Of a DNA stretch of 64,000 nt, positions 1-9,366 are shown piece after piece. Source of the stretch: an uncultured delta proteobacterium (GTDB lineage Bacteria; Desulfobacterota; BSN033; UBA1163); NCBI GenBank assembly GCA_963708295.1, contig CAVPSJ010000004.1:448001-512000 (forward strand), given 5' to 3'. Numbering within the stretch: position 1 is the stretch's first letter; the number at the start of each line of letters is the position of its first letter. Both the position numbers and the translations under genes were made by a program. The notes under the pieces are model-generated. The model did no database searches. It was given only the letters and a program-made list of their open reading frames with translations, and had not been told where the DNA came from.

Positions 1-12
1 GAGGCGGCTTAC

Positions 13-453
13 GTGGTTGGGGATGTAGAGATCGGGGAAAACTCGAGCATCTGGCCTGGAGCGGTTTTGAGAGCGGATCGATTCCGCATCCGAATAGGAT
101 CCAATAGCAATATTCAGGACAACTGTGTCATTCATGCGGGGTTTTCAGACATGACCATAGGAAACAATGTCACCATCGCTCACGGTTCAATGGTCCACTG
201 CGCCAGAATAGGGAGTAACATATTGATCGGGATGCACGCTGTGCTGGGCGACCAGTCGGAGATTGAGGATTTCTGTATGATCGGCGCTTGTTCAATGGTA
301 AAAGACCACTTTAAAGTTCCTGCAAAATCTCTCGCTGTGGGAGTTCCGGCCAGAATCGTAAGAGCCCTCGATCATAGAGAGTTGGAGCGGATACTGGATG
401 GAAGCCGCACCTATGCCGAACTCGCAAAAGAATTTAAAAAGTCCGGACGATGA
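13..453 (+). CDS. Gamma-class carbonic anhydrase / left-handed beta-helix family protein (5' end outside window)
   Basis: Hexapeptide LbH repeats (VGDVEIGENSSIWPGAVLR, IGSNSNIQDNCVIH, IGNNVTIAHGSMVH) with three His positioned as in gamma-CA/YrdA/PaaY. Confidence 0.85.
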   Translation: MVGDVEIGENSSIWPGAVLRADRFRIRIGSNSNIQDNCVIHAGFSDMTIGNNVTIAHGSMVHCARIGSNILIGMHAVLGDQSEIEDFCMIGACSMVKDHFKVPAKSLAVGVPARIVRALDHRELERILDGSRTYAELAKEFKKSGR

Positions 454-465
454 AGTGCCTCTTGC

Positions 466-607
466 TCCCGGGCCTAAAGGCCGGACTTGCCTTCGACCCG
501 ATCCCCTCGATTGAACTCAGGACCGTATGGGTATCGAAAGGCTTGTCGAAGGAAGCCGGGCCTTCCACCCCACCTTAAGAGGTGGGGCTTCGCGCGGTCA
601 AACGGGG
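466..607. repeat. Composite palindromic intergenic element (REP/MITE-like)
   Basis: Hairpins CCGGGCCTAAAGGCCGG and CCCCACCTTAAGAGGTGGGG flank an inner inverted pair CCTTCGAC...GTCGAAGG. A related copy lies at 30003-30113. Confidence 0.65.
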
Positions 608-612
608 GGAGA

Positions 613-1878
613 GTGAAACCACCTCTTATGTCAAGGATAAGCGGAGAGAAAAGGTTTTTCTACGGTTACATCGTGGCCGCCGCAGGGTTTGGTATTTGGC
701 TGATCGGTTGGGGGACATATACCCCGTCCTTCAGTGTATTCTTCAAACCGTTGTTGGCTGAGTTTGGCTGGTCCCGGGCGGAAACATCACTCGCCTATTC
801 ACTTTCTTTTCTGGTGCAGGCTGGCGTAGCGATTGTGATGGGCTGGTTGACAGATCGGCTTGGCCCCCGGGTCGTCATGACCGTGTTGGGCTCCTTTCTC
901 GGAGTATGTTACTTACTGATGTCACAGGTGACCGCTCTATGGCAGTTTCAGATAAATTATGCGCTGGTTGGAGGCATCGGGGTAAGTACCCTCACTGTCC
1001 CTGTCATGGTAACCGTTTCCCGTTGGTTTATCAAAAAGCGCGCGTTGATGATCGGTATTGTCCAAGCAGGAAATGGCGTAGGGGGATTTATCTTTCCTCC
1101 TTTGGCAGGGTGGCTCATACGGGACTATGGTTGGCGTTCTGCGTACGCCATATTCGGTATCATCGCCCTCTCCGGAATAATGATTGCGAGCCTCTTTCTC
1201 AAACGCGACCCGAGAGTTACCGGACAGCTGCCGGATGGGGAAAATGCATCCATCGGGGTAGAAGGAAAGCATTCCAATTCAGGCTTACACGAGACGGGGG
1301 TTTCGCTTCGGGAGGCCATCCACACCCGCCAGTTCTGGATGATCGCAGGAATGTATTGTAGCTTTGGCTTTTGCAGGTCGACCTTTTTGGCCCACCTCCC
1401 TGCTCATGTCCAAGATTTGGGTTTTTCGCTCGCGGACGGAGCGAATGTCTTGGCGGTCATCACCGGGTCAAGTATGTTCAGCAGGATCGGCATGGGGCGC
1501 GTGGCGGACAGAATCGGCAACAGAAAGGCTTTCATGATCAGCTTTGCAGTGACAACGATCAGCCTTCTCTGGGGGTTGGCAGCCAACGACTTGTGGAAGC
1601 TCTATCTTTTTGCCTTTGTTTTTGGTGTCGGATGGGGAAATCAAGCCGTCTTAAGATTCTCCCTAACCTCTGAAGTATTTGGAATCGCCTCTCTTGGCTT
1701 AGTGATGGGAATCTTTGGAGTTGCCGAATCAGTGGCTGCTACCTGCGGGTCATATTTTGCCGGTTACATTTTTGATGTTTTCGGCAGCTATCAGCCCGTT
1801 TTTTGGCTGGGGACGGGTATCTCCTCCATGGGCATTCTATTGGCGTGGCGGTTAAAGCCCGTACTATTTTCCGCTTGA
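613..1878 (+). CDS. MFS transporter (OFA/MCT-like)
   Basis: About 12 hydrophobic segments, motif A (GWLTDRLGPR and GRVADRIGNR), and an FFYGYIV...FSVFFKPLLAEFGWSRA N-terminus. The ORF-track extension from 487 reads through the repeat. Start is 613 GTG or 628 ATG. Confidence 0.9.
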   Translation: MKPPLMSRISGEKRFFYGYIVAAAGFGIWLIGWGTYTPSFSVFFKPLLAEFGWSRAETSLAYSLSFLVQAGVAIVMGWLTDRLGPRVVMTVLGSFLGVCYLLMSQVTALWQFQINYALVGGIGVSTLTVPVMVTVSRWFIKKRALMIGIVQAGNGVGGFIFPPLAGWLIRDYGWRSAYAIFGIIALSGIMIASLFLKRDPRVTGQLPDGENASIGVEGKHSNSGLHETGVSLREAIHTRQFWMIAGMYCSFGFCRSTFLAHLPAHVQDLGFSLADGANVLAVITGSSMFSRIGMGRVADRIGNRKAFMISFAVTTISLLWGLAANDLWKLYLFAFVFGVGWGNQAVLRFSLTSEVFGIASLGLVMGIFGVAESVAATCGSYFAGYIFDVFGSYQPVFWLGTGISSMGILLAWRLKPVLFSA

Positions 1879-1959
1879 AGAAAATAGAAATAATCGGTAT
1901 CCTTAATGATGAAGACATCGGGGCATGCTGCAGGGAAGAGCGTCAAAGGGGAGAATGGC

Positions 1960-2352
1960 ATGAAAAGATACTTCCTAATTTATTCACTAACCCTTCTTCT
2001 GGCCTCTGTCCTCCTTCTATGCGGAACTTGGACTCACGCTGCCACGGAGACGACGGTTGAAGAAATCGTGACGGGTAAAGATTTCTATGAGGGAAAAGAG
2101 GTCTCAGTGACCGGAGCTGTTTCCACCCCAAGATTCAGGGCATCCCGACATCAGAAGCCCTACATGACTTTTCCTCTCCTTGGAGATTCTGGAAGCCGGG
2201 TCAATATCCTTTTCTGGGGAGACATAAAACTAAAGACGGGAAAAAAGATCAAAGTACGGGGCGTCTATCGAAAGGTTATGGAAATGGGAAAGTACACTTT
2301 TCGTGATGTGATCGAGGTAAGTAAAATCGAGGTTGCGGAGTCCTCACAATAA
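1960..2352 (+). CDS. Secreted small OB-fold-like protein (paralog of 19536..19910)
   Basis: Signal peptide MKRYFLIYSLTLLLASVLLLCGTWTHA and a beta-rich YEGKEVSVTGAV...GKKIKVRGVYRK pattern. RBS GGGGAG upstream. Confidence 0.7.
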   Translation: MKRYFLIYSLTLLLASVLLLCGTWTHAATETTVEEIVTGKDFYEGKEVSVTGAVSTPRFRASRHQKPYMTFPLLGDSGSRVNILFWGDIKLKTGKKIKVRGVYRKVMEMGKYTFRDVIEVSKIEVAESSQ

Positions 2353-2463
2353 GGAGTGGCGTGTTTTCGGGGGGAGTACACTGTTTTCAGCAGGATGAAG
2401 AGATAGGCCGGCGGCTGGGTTCAAAGGAGAAGAGAATCGCCATTTTGAAAGAGGAGGGGGGAA

Positions 2464-3144
2464 ATGAAGCTTTTTAACATCCACGTGATTACGTGTAACT
2501 CGGTCAGTGACTTTCACTCGAAATTCAAGAAAGGGATGATGCTCCACATTATCCTGGAGTCCTTCAAGCTTTTTTTCATCGCGGCCATCGCCGTGTTTGT
2601 CCTGATGGAGTACGGAGTGCCTCTTGCCCAAAAGAGCATGCAAACCGACTCCCCCACCGGGATGGGGGAGTTTCTTTCCACCACGAAATCCGCTGATTCC
2701 AGCGTCAAGGAAGTTCTACGCCTGGTGAACATGATCCGGTTGATCACGGAGAATCAGCTCTCCGAAGCTAGAATGTTGAGATATGCCGGTTTGATCTCGC
2801 ATGCTTCCCAGAAACATGGAGTGAACCCCCTTGAGATCATCGCGATCATCATGGCCGAAAGCAATTTCAAGGAGAATAGCGTCAATAAGGAGACCGGCGA
2901 TTATGGTCTTGGGCAGATCAATTGGGAGCACTGGGGCAAAGATTTTGGCTTGATGCCCCACCAACTTCTGGATCCATCGATCAACATCTTCTTAACCTGC
3001 CATGTCTATAAGTTCTTCGGGAAGGATTTCGGAAAATACCATCGGGGAAGCGGCATCCAATCCAACGCTTACCTGGTGAACGTCAGGAGTATCCTTTCTA
3101 CTTTGAATGCCTTTGTCGAAGAAAACAAGGAGAATATCTCCTGA
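2464..3144 (+). CDS. Membrane-anchored lytic transglycosylase (SLT domain)
   Basis: AIIMAESNF (catalytic Glu), DYGLGQIN (GLMQ-like), LLDPSINI motif, N-terminal TM segment, and strong RBS GAGGAGG. Confidence 0.8.
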   Translation: MKLFNIHVITCNSVSDFHSKFKKGMMLHIILESFKLFFIAAIAVFVLMEYGVPLAQKSMQTDSPTGMGEFLSTTKSADSSVKEVLRLVNMIRLITENQLSEARMLRYAGLISHASQKHGVNPLEIIAIIMAESNFKENSVNKETGDYGLGQINWEHWGKDFGLMPHQLLDPSINIFLTCHVYKFFGKDFGKYHRGSGIQSNAYLVNVRSILSTLNAFVEENKENIS

Positions 3145-3191
3145 AAAAAAGCTCCGGGAAAATACGCTCATTGAACTTCTCCCCGGAGCTC
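3145..3191. terminator. Probable bidirectional intrinsic terminator between convergent genes
   Basis: AGCTCCGGG...CCCGGAGCT stem preceded by an A7 run. Confidence 0.6.
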
Positions 3192-3214
3192 TCGATTGCG
3201 TTTGCTAATTCGGC

Positions 3215-3730
3215 TTAATCGCCGTGTCTGCCGCCTCCTTTATCGTGGCCGTGCCGGTCAGGTTCCCGTCTCTCCTCTCCATGCCACTCCCTCCCTCCAT
3301 GCTTTTCCCAGTACTTATCCCTTTCCCATGTCTTCCAGTTCTTTTTGACATCCCTATACGGGAGGTGCCGATGGCCCTGGGGGACATGACGAAAATCGGG
3401 TGGCACATTGATGACGGAACGAGGCACTTTCTTGGGGGAAAGGTAAACCCACTTGCCATTGTAAGTTTTGGATCGATACCAATGTCCTCGATGGGGACGA
3501 TACCAGTACCCCTGGTAGAAGAAGACATCTACGTCCACGTCAGGGGCAAAGTAGACATAGGTCCGGGGGATGACGAACATGGGAGGGGGTGCGGGAACCA
3601 CAAGGGGGGGTGGCGGAGGCACGCTGATCCCGACATTGACGTTCACTCCCGCAGAGCCTCTATCGAAGGGGCCCATCAGCGCCAGAAGCGTTGTTCCAAC
3701 CAGTAACGTCATGAATATCGCTTTTTTCAT
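3215..3730 (-). CDS. Secreted Pro/aromatic-rich hypothetical protein
   Basis: Signal peptide, then VNVNVGISVPPPPP, VYFAPDVDVDVFFYQGYWY and a charged His/Arg tail. RBS GGAGG. Confidence 0.75.
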   Translation of the reverse strand: MKKAIFMTLLVGTTLLALMGPFDRGSAGVNVNVGISVPPPPPLVVPAPPPMFVIPRTYVYFAPDVDVDVFFYQGYWYRPHRGHWYRSKTYNGKWVYLSPKKVPRSVINVPPDFRHVPQGHRHLPYRDVKKNWKTWERDKYWEKHGGREWHGEERREPDRHGHDKGGGRHGD

Positions 3731-3986
3731 AAAATGACCTCCCTTCACGGTTGCCCGGAACCATGGCATGTCGCGAGTATTGTCAAGGCCAACGGGCAGA
3801 TTGACAGATTTCTTTCCAGGGACAGCTCACGACTTTTATTTTTTGCAGAAAGATCTTATTCTGCAAATCACTTCCCCTACCGAAAGAAATTGAGTGCTGG
3901 AATTTTAACACAACGAAAACGGACATACAATATTGCTAATTGAGTTGCATCTATCATCGGAAATTAGCCAGCGGAATTAGCCGGCA

Positions 3987-4922
3987 TTAAGATCCCTTTC
4001 GCCTGATCATAACGATTGACAAGGCCATGATTACAAGAATGAGGGCGGCGATCTCTCCAGCGCCGACCGGCTCTCCAAGGACCACAGCACTGCTAAGAAC
4101 ACCGATGACTGGAATAGCCAGTGTGCCGATAGATGCCACGCTTGCAGGAAACAGGTGGACCACCTTAATCCATGCCCAAAAGCAAAGAATATTGCCTATC
4201 AAAATGACGTAACCCGTAGCCAGGGCGGCCCGCCAAGACACGTGCAAGAGAACCGTCACGGGTTCCAGAACGAATGCTCCGATGATCACCGGAATGCCTC
4301 CTAAAATCAGCTGCCACCCCGTCAGGACGGTGATCGGCATGGTCCAACGAAAATATTTCAGGAGGACTGTCCCCCCGGCCCAGGTCACGGCAGCTCCAAG
4401 CATAAAGATGGCTCCCAGTGGAGCGGAGCCGAGGACTCTGATGTCCGGACCGATGAGAATCAATAACCCGGCGATCCCCAGCAAAAGCCCGATCAGGCGT
4501 GCCAGTGTCAATCGCTCACCCAAAAGAAAGATGCTTAGAATGGACGCCCAGACCGGCATGGTGTATCCGATAATCACGGCCCGTCCTGCGTCCATATAGA
4601 TGAGACCATAGCCAGAGCAGAGATGCCACCCCGTGACATTCAAGAGTGAAACCAGAAGAAGGGGCCAACGCTCCGATCTCGGGATCGTGAGCATCAAACC
4701 ATTGGCCTTTGCGATGCAGAGGACGCCGAATCCTCCTAAAAGCAGACAGAGGGTGCGGAATGTCCAGACCGGAATTTCCCTCAGCCCCATTTTCATCAAT
4801 GGCCAGTTGGTGCCCCAGAAGACAGAGAGGAACACAAGCAAAACAAGCCCGAATTGGGGCAGCGTCCGAGTTACATTTGGTTTAGGTTTTATCGGATGAA
4901 TCATTTCAGGAAGACACTCCAC
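3987..4922 (-). CDS. DMT/EamA family transporter
   Basis: Ten TM segments in two repeats (FWGTNWPLMK, GRAVIIGYTMPVW, LLGERLT, PVIGVLSSAVVLGE). Confidence 0.9.
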   Translation of the reverse strand: MECLPEMIHPIKPKPNVTRTLPQFGLVLLVFLSVFWGTNWPLMKMGLREIPVWTFRTLCLLLGGFGVLCIAKANGLMLTIPRSERWPLLLVSLLNVTGWHLCSGYGLIYMDAGRAVIIGYTMPVWASILSIFLLGERLTLARLIGLLLGIAGLLILIGPDIRVLGSAPLGAIFMLGAAVTWAGGTVLLKYFRWTMPITVLTGWQLILGGIPVIIGAFVLEPVTVLLHVSWRAALATGYVILIGNILCFWAWIKVVHLFPASVASIGTLAIPVIGVLSSAVVLGEPVGAGEIAALILVIMALSIVMIRRKGS

Positions 4923-5043
4923 CGCCCTATGGTAACGACAGGGGATCGGAATTTCAATAGCTCTAAGGATCTTGCTCCCCTAGGTTTCCTTCTGTGGACA
5001 AAATATTATCGACACGAAAGCCTTTATTTCAGGAACCGGGTCA

Positions 5044-5228
5044 TCCTTCGCCCGCGATCGGGGTGGGTCCCCGAAGAGGCTTCATCGGCCCAACCGCTTC
5101 AGGTTTTGCTGAATGAGTTTGAAGGGGGACGAGTGGGTTTCAATGTCATGACGAGCCTTTGTCCGGATTACCCTCAACGCGGGCCTTATGAAGCCTCGGA
5201 GGGGATTTACCCTGGTCGCGGGCAAGGA
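5044..5228 (+). ncRNA. Candidate structured ncRNA, rod-like hairpin of 6S-RNA size
   Basis: Arms 5044-5091 and 5181-5228 form 43 bp including 5 G-U pairs on the + strand. Inner stems GGACGAG/TTTGTCC and TGAAGGG/CCCTCA. Intergenic, 185 nt. Confidence 0.55.
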
Positions 5229-5298
5229 AAAGCTGGGGGGGGGGACAAGCTCTCAGAAGGGCTTAAGAATTGAACGAAAGAACATTCTCGGGGAGGCC

Positions 5299-7434
5299 TT
5301 ATTTTCCAATGAGGACAGTCGTGCTTCTTGCGTTGGCGAGATAGTGTTCGGATGGATCAATCCGTATCTCATTACCGGGGCTGAGAAAGTCTTCCCCGCT
5401 CTTGAGGCTTGTGTCAATGACCCGATACCACTTCTTGCCGTTCGAAAGCCGAGGAAGGCTGATCGATTGTGTATTGAAGTCAGCATTCAGGATGAAGAAA
5501 AGATGATAGTCACCCAGTTGGGATTTCTCTTCGCCTCCGTCGAGCTGGAAGCATAAGGTCCGCAGTTGAGGATCATTCCAGGGAGGCTTCCCAAGATCTT
5601 TCCCAAACCAAGAGAGGTCAGGGATAGTATCGACGTCCAAATCCTCGCCAAGGAAGAATTTTCTTCTCTGAAGGATCGTGCACCTTTTCTGAAATGCAAT
5701 CGCTTTTTTGAAAAAATCGAGGATATCGGAATTTTTTTCGACCTGCTCCCACTGAAACCAGCTGATCTCGTTGTCCTGGCAATAAGCATTGTTATTACCC
5801 TTCTGTGTCCTCATGAATTCATCACCGCCGAGGGTCATCGGCGTGCCGCATGAAAAAAGGAGATAACAGAAATAATTCTTCATGAGTTGCTTTCTCAGGT
5901 GAATGACACGAGGATCGCTTGTCTCTCCTTCAAAACCGCTGTTCCATGAGTGGTTGTCATCGGACCCATCCCGGTTACCTTCAAGATTCGCCTCATTGTG
6001 TTTTCCGTTATACGAGACAAGGTCGTTGAGCGTGAGACCGTCGTGACAGGTGACGAAGTTGATGCTGTTATAGGCAGACCGTCCGTCATCTCCGTAGAGG
6101 TCGGCAGATCCTGTGAGTCTCCATCCGAGATCCCTTCCCTGCCCTCCATCCCCCTTGCCGAATTTCCGGACGGTATCCCTAAATCTGCCATTCCATTCCG
6201 ACCAGTCCAAAGGGAAGTTCCCCACCTGATAGCTCCCGATGTCCCAGGGTTCAGCAATCAACTTTACCCTGTTCAATACAGGGTCCTGCGCGATCGCGTC
6301 GAAAAAGGAAGCGGATTTCTGGAAGAGACCCTCCTCGCGGCCTAGGACGGAGGCAAGGTCGAACCGGAAACCATCCACATGCATCACTTCAACCCAATAA
6401 CGAAGAGAATCCATGACAAATCGAATGACATGGGGGTTGGCAAGATTAAGGCTGTTTCCGCACCCCGAATAGTTCATATAATAACGGTAAGGCTCCGTGG
6501 ACGTCCCTGACAGGAGGTAGTAAGTCGGGTTATCGATCCCCTTAAAACAGAGGGTGGGCCCAAGCTCGTTGCCTTCGCCCGAGTGATTGTAAACCACGTC
6601 CAGGATGATCTCGATGCCTGCCCGATGAAGCTCTCGTACCAGGGTCTTGAATTCCCTCACCTGACAGCCGGGGGATTTTCTCGTGCTGTAGGAGGATTCA
6701 GGGGCAAAAAAACCGATGGTGTTATATCCCCAATAATTGGTCAGCCCTTTCTGGATGAGAGAATCTTCAACATAAAATTCATGGAGGGGAAGGAACTCGA
6801 CCGCATTGATTCCCAGCTCTCTGAGGTAAGGAATCTTCTCGATAAAGCCGAGGTAGGTTCCCGGATTTCTGGCGCCCGACGACCGATGGGCGGTAAACCC
6901 TTTCAAATGCACTTCATAGATAATCAATTCGTGGAGGGGAGTATCCGGAGGGGCATCCCCCTGCCATTCGAAACGATCCTCCACGACGATGGACTTTGGG
7001 ACCCTAGAGGTATTGTCACGTCCGTCCAGGGAGAGGTCTTTCATGGGTGAATTTGGATCATACGCGAGAAGGAGATTCTCCGCGTTCTCAAATTTTCCTG
7101 TGAGCGCTTTAGCATAAGGGTCGATCAAAAGCTTGTGATCATTGAACCGCAAGCCGTGCGAAGGATTGAACTCTCCCTTGAGCTTGTATCCGTAAAGTTG
7201 ACCTCCCTTTAACCCGTGAACAAACGTATACCATACATACTTCGTACGATTTCTTAATGGGATGATATCGGTGGGCTCACCCTCCGGTTTATCAAATAAG
7301 AGGAGAAAGACCTGGCCGGCATATTGTGAATAGATCGCAAAATTGACACCGTCTTCGCATACGGTGGCGCCCAGGGGATAATACTTCCCGTCTGAAACCC
7401 GTCTCTTCGTCTTGTGCTCTAAAGGGTACGGCAT
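5299..7434 (-). CDS. glgX: Glycogen debranching enzyme GlgX (isoamylase, GH13_11)
   Basis: YPLGAT, LIIYEVHLKGFT, NYWGYNTIGFFAP, DVVYNH, VDGFRFDLA, IAEPWD, NFVTCHDG, GNNNAYCQDNEISW. Confidence 0.97.
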   Translation of the reverse strand: MPYPLEHKTKRRVSDGKYYPLGATVCEDGVNFAIYSQYAGQVFLLLFDKPEGEPTDIIPLRNRTKYVWYTFVHGLKGGQLYGYKLKGEFNPSHGLRFNDHKLLIDPYAKALTGKFENAENLLLAYDPNSPMKDLSLDGRDNTSRVPKSIVVEDRFEWQGDAPPDTPLHELIIYEVHLKGFTAHRSSGARNPGTYLGFIEKIPYLRELGINAVEFLPLHEFYVEDSLIQKGLTNYWGYNTIGFFAPESSYSTRKSPGCQVREFKTLVRELHRAGIEIILDVVYNHSGEGNELGPTLCFKGIDNPTYYLLSGTSTEPYRYYMNYSGCGNSLNLANPHVIRFVMDSLRYWVEVMHVDGFRFDLASVLGREEGLFQKSASFFDAIAQDPVLNRVKLIAEPWDIGSYQVGNFPLDWSEWNGRFRDTVRKFGKGDGGQGRDLGWRLTGSADLYGDDGRSAYNSINFVTCHDGLTLNDLVSYNGKHNEANLEGNRDGSDDNHSWNSGFEGETSDPRVIHLRKQLMKNYFCYLLFSCGTPMTLGGDEFMRTQKGNNNAYCQDNEISWFQWEQVEKNSDILDFFKKAIAFQKRCTILQRRKFFLGEDLDVDTIPDLSWFGKDLGKPPWNDPQLRTLCFQLDGGEEKSQLGDYHLFFILNADFNTQSISLPRLSNGKKWYRVIDTSLKSGEDFLSPGNEIRIDPSEHYLANARSTTVLIGK

Positions 7435-7527
7435 CTCCGGGGATTCTTCTTCCTAGAACTTTGACTCAGATTGATCCAGGCCTGTTTTGAGTTTATGAAA
7501 ATTGGCGAGATCGGTCAAGCTAAAACC

Positions 7528-7596
7528 TTCACTCCCCCCTCGTCCCCTTCAGCGCCTGTCCGGCCGCTGGAAGGAACGGGGGACGGGAGGGGTGAA
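7528..7596. repeat. G/C-skewed REP-like long hairpin downstream of hcp
   Basis: TTCACTCCCCCCTCGTCCCC ... GGGGACGGGAGGGGTGAA inverted arms with an inner TTCAGCG/CGCTGGA stem. Confidence 0.6.
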
Positions 7597-7606
7597 AAGT
7601 TCTATT

Positions 7607-9237
7607 CTAATTTCCCAATATAGCCTTTAGTCCTGATCCGGCGTTGAGATGGGTTGGATATTAAAGTTATCAACCAGCACCTTTCAAAACATTCGGCGAA
7701 ATAAAGGCCGGAAGTGATGGACCTAACTTAATGTTCTTTATACCCAGATAGAGAAGGGTGAGAAGAATGGCCACGGCCTTCTGTTCGTACCAGGAAAGGA
7801 TCAGAGAAAGGGGCAGGTCATTGACGCCCACGTTGAAGGCCTTGGACAAGGCGACGGCAATCTGAACGGCAGAGTAGGCATCGTTGCACTGGCCTACGTC
7901 TAAGAGCCTCGGGATGCCTCCAATATTCCCAAGATCTTTATCAAAGAATCGGAATTTGCCACAGGCCAGGGTAAGAACAATACAGTCCTTTGGGACTTTT
8001 TCTACGAATTCGGTGTAATAGTTCCGGCCAGCCTTTGCACCATCGCAACCGCCTACGAGGAAGAAGTGCCGGATGGCTTTTCCTTTTACTGCCTCAATTA
8101 CCTTGTCTGCAACGCTCATGACCGTATTTCTTGCAAAGCCGACCATGACGGAGCGGCCATTTCTATCTTCCGTAAAACCAGGCATGGCCAGGGCCTTATC
8201 GATGACGGGTTTGAAGTTTCGATCCGAGATATGGGGTACTCCCGGCCATCCGACAGTGCCACTCGTGAAGACATTCCCTTTGTAAGTATCTCTGGGTTTC
8301 TGGAGACAGTTGGTGGTCATCAGGATGGCTCCAGGAAAATCGGCGAATTCCTTGGCCTGATTCTGCCAGGCTGTCCCATAATGGCCGTAAAAATGGGTGT
8401 ACTTCTTCAATCCTGGATATCCATGAGTAGGAAGCATTTCACCGTGGGTATAAATGAAGATACCCTTGCCTTCGGTCTGCTTGAGAAGTTCCTCCAGATC
8501 CCTGAGATCGTGGCCTGAAACCAGGATGGCCTTTCCCTTTTTGGTTCCGAGGGGAACCTGGGTAGGAACGGGATGCCCATAGGTCCCTGTATTGCCAGCA
8601 TCAAGAAGCTCCATGGCCCTGAGATTGATCTCGCCGCACTTGAGGACGAGCCCCACCCAGTCGTTCAAGGACAGGTCCTTTCTCAGGGTTGCAGCGAGAC
8701 CTTCGTGAATGAAGGCATAGACCTTATCATCCTCCTGCCCAAGAATCTGGGCATGATCTGCATAGGCAGCAACTCCCTTAAGGCCAAAGATGCAGGATAT
8801 GTTGGAGAGATAGGATATCCGGATCGACGGTAGGATCGGATTTGAGCCCCACTGCTTCTCCCTGTTTTACCAGTTCCTGTACGTTGGCTGCTGGCTTAAA
8901 CGTAGCCGGGCCTTCAGGAAAATCGACCTTTCCTTTTGCAGCCCTTACTTTTTCTTTCAGATTATCCCTCAGGGTCACACACCGCTGAATCATTTGAACA
9001 AAGCGAGCCGGATCGAAATTGACATTTGTTAAGGTGGAAAAGATGGCTCGACCGTAAAAACATTTACTTCCCGGTCAATGACCCCCACTTTCGACCTTCC
9101 ACCGCATACAGGGACAATCCTTTGAGTGCGTAAATAAGAAGATCCTGAAGGGTCGCTACATCCGGTTCCTTCCCGCAAACCCCGATCTTTGTACATCCTT
9201 CGCCTTTTGCCGTTTGCTCACACTGGTAACAAAACAT
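7607..9237 (-). CDS. hcp: Hybrid-cluster protein (hydroxylamine/NO reductase), multiple frameshifts
   Basis: Start [23 protein letters not shown] at 9237. Downstream frames give [50 protein letters not shown]. Several indels split the frame. Confidence 0.92.
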
Positions 9238-9323
9238 TATTTCTCCTCCTTTTTATGAGATTTTATTGATCGCCGGCCTTTAAGATATTTTCCATTCCTA
9301 CCGTCCTCCAACGATCTGACTCA

Positions 9324-9366
9324 AGTATAATATTTGCCAATCCACTTGTGTTTGACCTAGGTCAAA
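9324..9366 (-). promoter_or_regulatory. Class II Crp/Fnr-family (HcpR-type) promoter of hcp
   Basis: Perfect palindrome TTTGACCTAGGTCAAA (9351-9366) centred at -41.5 relative to a minus-strand TATACT -10 (9324-9329). Confidence 0.8.

Noticed and set aside
487-612. Long N-terminal extension of the MFS ORF
   Set aside because: It is a translation of the palindromic repeat, not MFS-like sequence.
4854-5273. 139-aa + strand ORF across the eamA-glgX gap
   Set aside because: It has no recognisable motif and overlaps eamA antisense; the region is better explained by the RNA-like structure.
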